A stretch of DNA of 64,000 nt. Source: Gammaproteobacteria bacterium. Lineage in GTDB: Bacteria > Pseudomonadota > Gammaproteobacteria > Eutrophobiales > Eutrophobiaceae. Below, piece by piece: positions 56,516 through 64,000 of this stretch. Under the pieces are notes generated by a model. It ran no database searches. It saw only the letters and a program-made list of their open reading frames with translations, and was not told the DNA's origin. Where the stretch lies: the NCBI GenBank assembly GCA_965221695.1, contig OZ244905.1:3424001-3488000 (forward strand), written 5' to 3'. Positions within the stretch are counted from its first letter, which is position 1. Every line of letters starts with the position of its first letter. The position numbers were made by a program, and so were the translations under genes.

Positions 56516-58057
56516 TTATGGCTTAGCCTGGCGCATCGCCTCAGTCTTGTTGTTGAAGATAATCTTTTGCCATTGCGTCGGGCCCGTCTGATGAATGGAA
56601 TTGCCGTTGCTGTCCACCGCCACGGTTACCGGCATGTCGCGCACTTCAAATTCATGGATGGCTTCCATGCCGAGGTCGGCAAAGGCTACTACCCTGGACG
56701 CGGTAATCGCCCGGGAAACCAGGTAGGCTGCGCCGCCGACGGCCGTCAGGTACACCGCGCTATGTTTCTTTATGGCCGCCAGCGCTGCCGGGCCGCGTTC
56801 CGCCTTACCGATCATGCCGATCAACCCGGTTTTCTCCAACAACAGGTCGGTGAACCTGTCCATTCTGGTGGCTGTGGTTGGGCCTGCGGGACCGACGGTC
56901 TCATCCCTTACCGCGTCGACCGGCCCCACGTAATAGATAAAACGATTGGTAAAATCGACGCCCTCCGGCAGCGCTTGTCCCTGTTTCAGCAAGCTGTCGA
57001 TGCGCTTATGCGCGGCATCCCTACCGGTGAGCAGCTTGCCGCTCAGTAGTAGAGTTTCGCCGGGGCGCCAATCGGCCACATCGGCGCGGGTGAGCGTGTC
57101 AAGATTGACGCGGCGTGAACCGGGTCCTGCCTCCCAACTGATATCCGGCCAGTCATCCAGGCTCGGCGGCGCTTGCCGAGCGGGACCATTGCCGTCCAGG
57201 GTGAAATGTGTATGGCGGGTGGCGGCGCAGTTGGGGATCAAGGCCACTGGCAGGGACGCGGCATGGGTCGGAAAGTCGATGATCTTCACATCCAGCGCGG
57301 TGGTCAGGCCTCCAAGACCCTGGGCGCCAATACCCAGGTCGTTCACCCGCTGATAGATTTCCAGGCGCAACTGCTCCAATCTGGTCTTTGCGCTCCGTTG
57401 GATGAGTTCCTGTATGTTAATCGGTTCCAGCAACGCCTGTTTTGCCAGCACAACCGCCTTCTCCGCAGTGCCGCCGATACCGATGCCAAGTATACCCGGT
57501 GGGCACCAGCCCGCGCCCAAGGTCGGCAGCACATCCACAACCCAGTCTGCAATGCTGTCGCTGGGGTTCAACATCGCCATTTTTGCCTTGTTTTCAGAAC
57601 CACCGCCTTTTGCCGCAAGCTGGACCTCGAGCGTGTCGCCGGGAACCACTTCCATATGAATCACCGCCGGTGTGTTGTCGCCGGTATTTTTCCGGGCTCC
57701 GGCCGGATCGTCCAGGATAGAAGGACGCAACACGTTGTCCGGGTGGGTATAGGCGCGCCTGACACCCTCATTGATCATATCAGCCACACTTGTGCTGGCC
57801 TGGTCCCAACGCACATCCATACCGATGCGGATAAACACCGTGACGATCCCGGTATCCTGGCAGATCGGCCGATGGCCTTCGGCGCACATCCTGGAATTGA
57901 CCAGGATCTGCGCCAGCGCATCTTTTGCTGCCGGGGACTCTTCTCGCCGGTAAGCATTATGCACCGCGTCGACGAAATCAAGCGGATGATAATAGGAGAT
58001 GAATTGCAAGGCATCTGCCACGCTGGTTATTAGGTCATCCGGTTTTATTAGGGTCAT
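56516..58057 (-). CDS. fumA: Fumarate hydratase class I (Fe-S)
   Basis: ADALQFISYYHP, PICQDTG, KGGGSEN, GAGWCPP, NCAATRH, GRDAAH, GPTTATRM. Confidence 0.93.
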   Translation of the reverse strand: MTLIKPDDLITSVADALQFISYYHPLDFVDAVHNAYRREESPAAKDALAQILVNSRMCAEGHRPICQDTGIVTVFIRIGMDVRWDQASTSVADMINEGVRRAYTHPDNVLRPSILDDPAGARKNTGDNTPAVIHMEVVPGDTLEVQLAAKGGGSENKAKMAMLNPSDSIADWVVDVLPTLGAGWCPPGILGIGIGGTAEKAVVLAKQALLEPINIQELIQRSAKTRLEQLRLEIYQRVNDLGIGAQGLGGLTTALDVKIIDFPTHAASLPVALIPNCAATRHTHFTLDGNGPARQAPPSLDDWPDISWEAGPGSRRVNLDTLTRADVADWRPGETLLLSGKLLTGRDAAHKRIDSLLKQGQALPEGVDFTNRFIYYVGPVDAVRDETVGPAGPTTATRMDRFTDLLLEKTGLIGMIGKAERGPAALAAIKKHSAVYLTAVGGAAYLVSRAITASRVVAFADLGMEAIHEFEVRDMPVTVAVDSNGNSIHQTGPTQWQKIIFNNKTEAMRQAKP

Positions 58058-58122
58058 GGTTTTGTCGCTCTGGTTACGATGGTAGTATAACCCAGGCCAT
58101 CCCACAAAATATGCGCAATTCA

Positions 58123-59436
58123 ATGCTTCCCCAGGAAATCATCAGGAAAAAAAGAAATGGCATAGCGCTGGCCGCGGATGAAATACAGTATTTTGTAGAC
58201 GGTCTTTGCGATGGTTCGATTGCGGCGGAGCAGGTTTCTGCGCTGGCGATGGCTGTTTATTTTCGCTCCATGGACAGCGCGGAGACGGCTGAGTTGACCC
58301 GGGCCATGGCGCGTTCGGGGAGCGTGATAGACTGGGCTGACGAGCGGATTGAGGGGTTGCTCGTCGATAAACACTCGACCGGTGGCGTGGGAGACAAGGT
58401 GAGCCTGATATTGGCGCCGCTGGTCGCCGCTTGCGGCGCTTACGTGCCGATGATTTCAGGGCGCGGGCTGGGACATACCGGCGGCACGCTGGACAAGCTG
58501 GACAGTATCCCCGGCTATAACACCGCGCCGGAACTGGCAGAGTTCAAACGGGTAGTCAGGTCAGCCGGTTGTGCGATCATCGGCCAGACGCCGGAACTGG
58601 CGCCGGCGGACCGGCGTTTATATGCGATCCGGGACGTGACTGCGACCATCGAGTCCGTGCCGCTGATCAGCGCCTCCATCCTGTCCAAGAAGATTGCCGC
58701 CGGCCTCGACGGGCTGGTCATGGATATCAAGACCGGTTCGGGGGCGTTCATGGCAACCGAGGCTGAGGCGCTGGAACTCGCTAGTTCCCTGGTGAATTCG
58801 GCCACCGAAGCAGGCTTGCCGATCAAGGCGGTAATCACGGATATGTCGGAAGTACTGGGACACAACGCCGGCAATGCGCTGGAGGTACGCGAGACGATTG
58901 ATTTTCTGACCGGGACGCGGCGCGACGACCGCCTGCATGAAGTCGTCTTCACCCTGGCGGCGGAGATGCTGGCGCTGGCCGGTCTGGAGCAGGACCGGCA
59001 GGCAGCGCATTCATTGTTGCAAACAGCGCTGGACCGGGGCCGGGCGACCGAGGTTTTCGCCGCCATGGTAAGCGCTCTCGGCGGGCCTGCGGACTTCATT
59101 GAGCGGCTCGATGACTACCTGCCGCCGGCGCCGGTTGTGAGGCCGGTTTTCCCCGACGGCGAAGGGTATGTTACCGCCATTGATGTGCGCCAGGTAGGTA
59201 ATGCCGTGGTCGCGCTGGGCGGCGGCAGACGGCGGGTTGAAGACAGCATCGACCACAGCGTCGGCCTGACTGAGATCGCGGGCCTCGGCGCCCGTCTCGG
59301 CCCCGATACCCCGGTAGCAATTGTTCATGCCCGGGATGAAGCCGGGGCGCACGCGGCTGCCAAGTCGCTGCGCGGGGCGTTTGTGGCTGGCGCTGAGCCA
59401 CCGCCGGCAAGACCGGTGGTGCAGAAATTAATTTGA
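58123..59436 (+). CDS. deoA: Thymidine phosphorylase
   Basis: LPQEIIRKKR, DKHSTGGVGDK, MISGRGLGHTGGTLDKL, RDVTAT, SILSKK, LGGGR. Confidence 0.95.
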   Translation: MLPQEIIRKKRNGIALAADEIQYFVDGLCDGSIAAEQVSALAMAVYFRSMDSAETAELTRAMARSGSVIDWADERIEGLLVDKHSTGGVGDKVSLILAPLVAACGAYVPMISGRGLGHTGGTLDKLDSIPGYNTAPELAEFKRVVRSAGCAIIGQTPELAPADRRLYAIRDVTATIESVPLISASILSKKIAAGLDGLVMDIKTGSGAFMATEAEALELASSLVNSATEAGLPIKAVITDMSEVLGHNAGNALEVRETIDFLTGTRRDDRLHEVVFTLAAEMLALAGLEQDRQAAHSLLQTALDRGRATEVFAAMVSALGGPADFIERLDDYLPPAPVVRPVFPDGEGYVTAIDVRQVGNAVVALGGGRRRVEDSIDHSVGLTEIAGLGARLGPDTPVAIVHARDEAGAHAAAKSLRGAFVAGAEPPPARPVVQKLI

Positions 59437-59467
59437 TTTACCTTCTATTCAGTTCATCACTGACCGG

Positions 59468-61702
59468 TCAGAAATTCAGGCGCGCCTTCACGCCGATTTC
59501 ACGCCGGTCGGTATTCCAGAGAGCGAAGCCGATAAAGAACGGGAAGTAATTTTTTACCCTGGCGTATTCCTCGTCGGCAAGGTTGATGCCGTAAATGGCC
59601 AGCCTCCAGCGGTCATTTGGGGATCGATACTGAATTTGCGCATTGAGTAAGCCATAACCGTCCTGTCTTTCCTCCGGGTGATTTGATATCTGGCCATAAT
59701 AACCGCTACGATAAGAGTAATCGGCGCGAAATTGCAGGTCTCCACCACCCAGTGGAATATCGAGTTGCGGAGACACGCTCCATGTGTGTTTGCTGACGTA
59801 AGGCAACCTGTTCCCATCACTGAAATTGGCGTTCAGGGACGGGTCGATATCAACATCGCTGATCTCGGCATCCGTATACGCGTAACTTGCGTCTATCCTG
59901 AACATGGTTGACAGCAACGCCGCGAGTTCCACTTCAACGCCGCTGATATCGGCTTCGGCAGCATTCAAGGTGCGCGTAGTAAAGGCATCCTGGATCTGGT
60001 TAACCTGCGCCTGGTAGTCCTGGTAATCACTGGTATAAAGAGCCAGGTTGAAACGCAGGCGATTGTCCAACAACTCCGATTTCAGACCCAATTCATAGAC
60101 GTTTACGTATTCCGGATCATAGATATTGACGGAATTCGGGTTTCCGGGGCGTGCGTTAAATCCACCGCTACGAAAACCGCGCGAATACATTGCGTACAGC
60201 ATGATATCTTCGTTGACTTGCAAATCAACGCTGGCGGTGCCGGATACCGCGTCCCATGATTCGCTCAATTCGGTCGGTGGGATCCGGTAAATCAGTTCGC
60301 CGCCATCCAGCATCGCTTGCTGCGCCGGATCGCCCGCCCGCAACCTCTGGTAATACAGGTCGTAGTCTTTTTCCTCGTCTGTATAGCGAATGCCCCCGGT
60401 TACGCTGAGCATTTCATTGAAATCCAGGGTGCCTTGCGCGAACAACGCATAACTGTCCGTTTCAACCGCGCTACGGCGCTGGTCAAGACTGAAAAACACG
60501 TCATCATCCTGGAGGTTCTCGCCTTCTTCCGTGAAGTAGTATAGCCCGGCGATCCACCTGTAGGTGTCACCTTCGCCCAGAAATTGAATTTCCTGTGAAA
60601 ACTGGTCAGCGTCTCCTGTTTCGTGGTAGTAGACCAGTGTAATCGGCGCGCCGTCAAACTCAAGGTTGCCCTCATATTCCATCTCCCGGTAGGCGCTAAT
60701 CGATTTTACGGTAATGTTCTCGCTGACATTCCACTCCCATGTAGCCGCAATGCCATATGATTCTTGCTTGGTCCCCAAGTCATCCAACGAATAGTTCTTG
60801 TAACGGCTGATTTCCGTTCCCGCCGGGCAGGCGCTGTATATTCCCGGCGAAGTTTCTTCATAGCAGGGCGCTGTTCCTATCCCGGAATTGTAAAGGGTGT
60901 GCGGCACAGCGCCCTGGTTGGCGTCAAATACGTCGGCAACCAGGGAAAACTTGACAGACTCACCCTCCCAGTAGAGTTGCGCGCGGGCGCTCAGGCTGTC
61001 TTCATCACCGAGGTCGTCTCCCGTAAACACCTGTTCACCCACTCCGTCACGGTTTTTATATTGAATACTGGCCTTGATCGCCAGGTTATCACTGGCCGCG
61101 ACTTCCCCGGACACTTCCACGTTAATTCGTTCATCCTCGCCGGCGGTCACGGCGATATGACCTCCGTTTTCAAATTTTGGCTTTCTGCTGACCACATTAA
61201 CCGCGCCGCCTATAGTATTCTTGCCGAACAACGTGCCCTGAGGCCCTCGCAACACCTCTACCCGTTCGAGGTCGAGGATATCCAGGGCCGCGCCCATGTT
61301 ACGACCAACGTAAACTCCGTCAACGTACAGCCCGACTCCCGGGTCGGTCGTGATCATGTGGTCGGATTGCCCGATACCGCGTACAAATATGGCGCCGGCT
61401 TCTGCGCTGCCCATGCCGTAAGACGTGAACGACATACCGGGCGTGTACCTGCCTATATCCCGGAGATCCAGCATGTTTGCTTCCTCCATCGTCTCCTGGG
61501 AAAAAGTGGTGATGGAAATAGGCGTATCCTGCTGCGTTTCTTCACGTTTGCGCGCGGTTACTACGATCTCTTCGAGCTGCGCGGTTTGTGACCTGGCCTG
61601 AGCCGGCAATAGCGGGGGGGCGAGCGCTAAGGTAAAGAGGATAAATGTAAACGTAAACCGGTATATAAGGCGCAGGTTATTCAACTTGCCAAGCATGTTC
61701 AT
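59468..61702 (-). CDS. TonB-dependent outer membrane receptor
   Basis: GGAGGAG RBS, signal peptide, LEEIVVTARKRE, RVEVLRGPQGTLFGKNTIGG, C-terminal Phe. Confidence 0.95.
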   Translation of the reverse strand: MNMLGKLNNLRLIYRFTFTFILFTLALAPPLLPAQARSQTAQLEEIVVTARKREETQQDTPISITTFSQETMEEANMLDLRDIGRYTPGMSFTSYGMGSAEAGAIFVRGIGQSDHMITTDPGVGLYVDGVYVGRNMGAALDILDLERVEVLRGPQGTLFGKNTIGGAVNVVSRKPKFENGGHIAVTAGEDERINVEVSGEVAASDNLAIKASIQYKNRDGVGEQVFTGDDLGDEDSLSARAQLYWEGESVKFSLVADVFDANQGAVPHTLYNSGIGTAPCYEETSPGIYSACPAGTEISRYKNYSLDDLGTKQESYGIAATWEWNVSENITVKSISAYREMEYEGNLEFDGAPITLVYYHETGDADQFSQEIQFLGEGDTYRWIAGLYYFTEEGENLQDDDVFFSLDQRRSAVETDSYALFAQGTLDFNEMLSVTGGIRYTDEEKDYDLYYQRLRAGDPAQQAMLDGGELIYRIPPTELSESWDAVSGTASVDLQVNEDIMLYAMYSRGFRSGGFNARPGNPNSVNIYDPEYVNVYELGLKSELLDNRLRFNLALYTSDYQDYQAQVNQIQDAFTTRTLNAAEADISGVEVELAALLSTMFRIDASYAYTDAEISDVDIDPSLNANFSDGNRLPYVSKHTWSVSPQLDIPLGGGDLQFRADYSYRSGYYGQISNHPEERQDGYGLLNAQIQYRSPNDRWRLAIYGINLADEEYARVKNYFPFFIGFALWNTDRREIGVKARLNF

Positions 61703-61786
61703 ACTATCTCCTCCCACATCTCGGTAAAATTTCACTTACCATTGCCGCAGTCTGCGCATCGCATCATTGCGGCATCTACCGGCTGG

Positions 61787-61814
61787 ATTGTATAATATTA
61801 TACACTATTGTCAA
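61787..61814 (-). promoter_or_regulatory. Sigma70 promoter of the TonB receptor with an overlapping perfect palindrome
   Basis: Minus strand TTGACA (61814-61809)-N16-TACAAT (61792-61787). Perfect 16-bp palindrome TGTATAATATTATACA at 61789-61804. Confidence 0.65.
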
Positions 61815-61899
61815 ACTATTTTGTCAATTATTTTACCTGAGAACATGTTTCGCAAGATAGGTTTCGGCGCCGTAAACCATAGGTACGATACTTCGCATT

Positions 61900-63522
61900 C
61901 TATTCATCAAGGATAAGTGCGCTGGCTTTTTCTGCGATCATTATGGCCGGCGCATTTGTGTTGCCACGGGTAATTACAGGCATAATTGATGCATCCGCGA
62001 CCCGCAAGCCTTGTACCCCATGCACCCGCAATTGTGCGTCCACTACCGCCTGATCATCAATGCCCATCTTGCAGGACCCGACCGGGTGCAAGGTAGTCAT
62101 AGCGGCATCTCTCAACCACACCCTCAATTCTTCATCTGTCCTGTAGCGCGGACCCGGCGCCAGTTCTCTCCCCCTGATCCCGTGGAATGCCTTGCGCGCA
62201 ATAACCTCACGCATCAGTTGCACTCCGGCAATCGTGTTCTCGATATCTTGCTGAGCTTCCAGATAATTGGCGTAAATCAGAGGGGCGTCTGCGGCATCAT
62301 TGGAACGCAAAGCGATCCGTCCCCGGCTGCACGGGGTCACCGGGCCAATTCTGATCGTCAGACCATGACAGGCAGGGACATCCTCGCTACGGAAAAATGG
62401 CAATGACCAGTGCAGGTTCGCGCTGTCTTCGGTGGCAGGCATGAAATGGGTCTGGATATCCGGCGCTTCCAGGTCGGCGGAAGACTTGATGAATGACCCT
62501 GCTTCGTAGGGAAACGTCGTGACAAAGCCGGATCCAAACAGGGTGGCTTGAATTATCCCAAGAGTAACCTTGTCGATACGCAGGTCATTTCGCAACGACA
62601 GCGGCTGGTTTAATTCGTATACCAGGCAACAATCCACATGGTCTTGCATGTTTTTTCCCACACCTGGCAGGTGATGGATTACCGGAACGCCGTGTTGCTC
62701 CAATTCACCGGCGTCACCGATTCCCGACAACATCAGCAATTGCGGAGAATTAATCACACCGGCGGCCAGTACGATCTCTTTTTTTGCCCTGGCGAATACC
62801 ACCTTATTACCCAACCGGTATTCAACCCCGTTGGCGCGCTCCCCCGAAAATACGATGCGTTGTGTCAATGCGCCGGTTTCTACTTCCAGGTTCGCGCGCC
62901 GCGCTGCCGGCCGGAGGAACGCGGTTGCCGCGCTACAGCGTCTGCCACGTCTGATCGTGAAATCATAACGGCCAAATCCCTCCTGAGTTTCCCCGTTGAA
63001 ATCATCGGTATAGGAATAACCGGCCTGTTGGCCTGCCTCGATAAATGTGTCGAACAAAGCATTATCACCGCGAGCGCGACATACCGTCAGTTCCCCGTCG
63101 CGGCCATGGTAACTGTCATGCCTATCAATATGTCCCTCCGAGCGCTTGAAAAAGGGTAGTACGCTGTCATAAGACCAGCCCGGCAACCCCAGCCGCTCCC
63201 AACCGTCGTAATCCGCGGGATTGCCGCGGACATAAATCATGCCGTTTATCGTTGAACTGCCGCCTAATACTTTACCCCGCGGCCAGTATATTTTACGCCC
63301 GTTGAGGTGGGGTTCTTCTTCGGTGTGGTAGCGCCAGTTATAGATGCCCGAATGCATCAGCTTGCCCATCAGCATAGGCAAGCGAAACAGGTAATTGGTA
63401 TCCCGCCCACCCGCTTCAAGCAACAGCGTCCGGTGTTTCGGGTTTGCCGAAAGTCGGTTTGCCAGCACGCAACCTGCGGAACCGGCGCCGACGACTATAT
63501 AATCAAACTCTCTGGACATCAC
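61900..63522 (-). CDS. GMC oxidoreductase (choline dehydrogenase-like)
   Basis: FDYIVVGAGSAGCVLANRL, PRGKVLGGSSTING, GVGKNMQDH, HPVGSCKMG, LRVADASIMP, GNTNAP. Confidence 0.92.
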   Translation of the reverse strand: MMSREFDYIVVGAGSAGCVLANRLSANPKHRTLLLEAGGRDTNYLFRLPMLMGKLMHSGIYNWRYHTEEEPHLNGRKIYWPRGKVLGGSSTINGMIYVRGNPADYDGWERLGLPGWSYDSVLPFFKRSEGHIDRHDSYHGRDGELTVCRARGDNALFDTFIEAGQQAGYSYTDDFNGETQEGFGRYDFTIRRGRRCSAATAFLRPAARRANLEVETGALTQRIVFSGERANGVEYRLGNKVVFARAKKEIVLAAGVINSPQLLMLSGIGDAGELEQHGVPVIHHLPGVGKNMQDHVDCCLVYELNQPLSLRNDLRIDKVTLGIIQATLFGSGFVTTFPYEAGSFIKSSADLEAPDIQTHFMPATEDSANLHWSLPFFRSEDVPACHGLTIRIGPVTPCSRGRIALRSNDAADAPLIYANYLEAQQDIENTIAGVQLMREVIARKAFHGIRGRELAPGPRYRTDEELRVWLRDAAMTTLHPVGSCKMGIDDQAVVDAQLRVHGVQGLRVADASIMPVITRGNTNAPAIMIAEKASALILDE

Positions 63523-63531
63523 TGTTTTTTC

Positions 63532-64000
63532 TTACCATTCGATTGGTTGTGCGTTCATTGCGGCCAGCTTGTCATTACAAAGCTGAAACGGGTTAGGGTG
63601 ACGTAAAAATGCATCCCCCTCTGCCGGGTGGGGTAAAGCCACAATTCCCGGGTGATTGTGGAGTTCGGCCTCTGACACAATACCGCCGGTTAGCGCGACC
63701 TCTCGCGCCGCGTCGCCGAACAGGAGCACAACGACCGGCTGCGACGGTCGATTGGAAAAGTAGGTGAGCAAGCGCGTGATTAACGGCCGCCAAAGTGGCA
63801 GGTGGCCACGCAGTTGATGGGGGTCGCCTGATACAGAAAACCGGGTCAGGGTGAGACTCGCGTTCAGCATCAGGACTCCCTGTTTCACCCAGCCCTGTAC
63901 CAGCCGATCGGGCGCCGGAAAGTCAGAGTCCGGACCACCAATGGCGCGCAGCACATCCGGCCAGCGCTCGGTCCCTTCGGCGTAACGCGGTTCCCCCGTG
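63532..64000 (-). CDS. Divergent uracil-DNA glycosylase family protein (5' part outside the window)
   Basis: Frame is open to the window edge. WVKQGVLMLNASLT, GH..LW, V.LLFG..A, PHP, F..CN..L....PIEW resemble family-1 UNG. Confidence 0.7.
   Translation of the reverse strand, partial: TGEPRYAEGTERWPDVLRAIGGPDSDFPAPDRLVQGWVKQGVLMLNASLTLTRFSVSGDPHQLRGHLPLWRPLITRLLTYFSNRPSQPVVVLLFGDAAREVALTGGIVSEAELHNHPGIVALPHPAEGDAFLRHPNPFQLCNDKLAAMNAQPIEW

Noticed and set aside
61900-63522. Assigning the symbols betA to the GMC gene and gbcA to the Rieske gene (43734-44978)
   Set aside because: Family membership is clear, but there is no betB/betI or gbcB context, so substrate specificity is unsupported.

Overview
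A GC-rich gammaproteobacterial chromosomal window. The core backbone is lolC/E-lolC/E-lolD-comEC ... exbB-exbD-lpxK-ycaR-kdsB, infA-aat, a FemAB-like GNAT gene, DUF1820, sohB, coq7, degQ, oxyR, a class I fumarase and deoA. Several accessory modules interrupt it. (1) A ~23 kb catabolic island (about 4.9-28.1 kb) sits between comEC and exbB. It encodes two ATP-dependent hydantoinase/oxoprolinase-type systems (one split, one fused), a carnitine-like CoA pathway (CaiC-like ligase, acyl-CoA dehydrogenase, CaiD, 3-hydroxyacyl/carnitine dehydrogenase, BKACE), a MetE-like Zn enzyme, SDRs, an M19 dipeptidase, a TonB receptor and a TetR regulator, and has a truncated hydrolase gene at its left edge. (2) A four-gene exported module (epoxide-hydrolase-like, lipase/acyltransferase, di-heme RoxA/FadCCP-type enzyme, lipoprotein mini-catalase) looks like a candidate periplasmic oxylipin pathway. 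(3) An SpdH-like/Rieske/DUF6644 cluster lies behind a FeaR-like AraC remnant. (4) A tandem MBL-fold pair lies next to an MFS gene. Two families of short intergenic repeats mark module junctions: dRS3-like ATTCCC-N8-GGGAAT hairpins and IS5-like mini-elements flanked by TTAG/TTAA. I saw no rRNA, tRNA, CRISPR array, integrase or transposase. All product calls come from motif recognition by eye, not from database searches.
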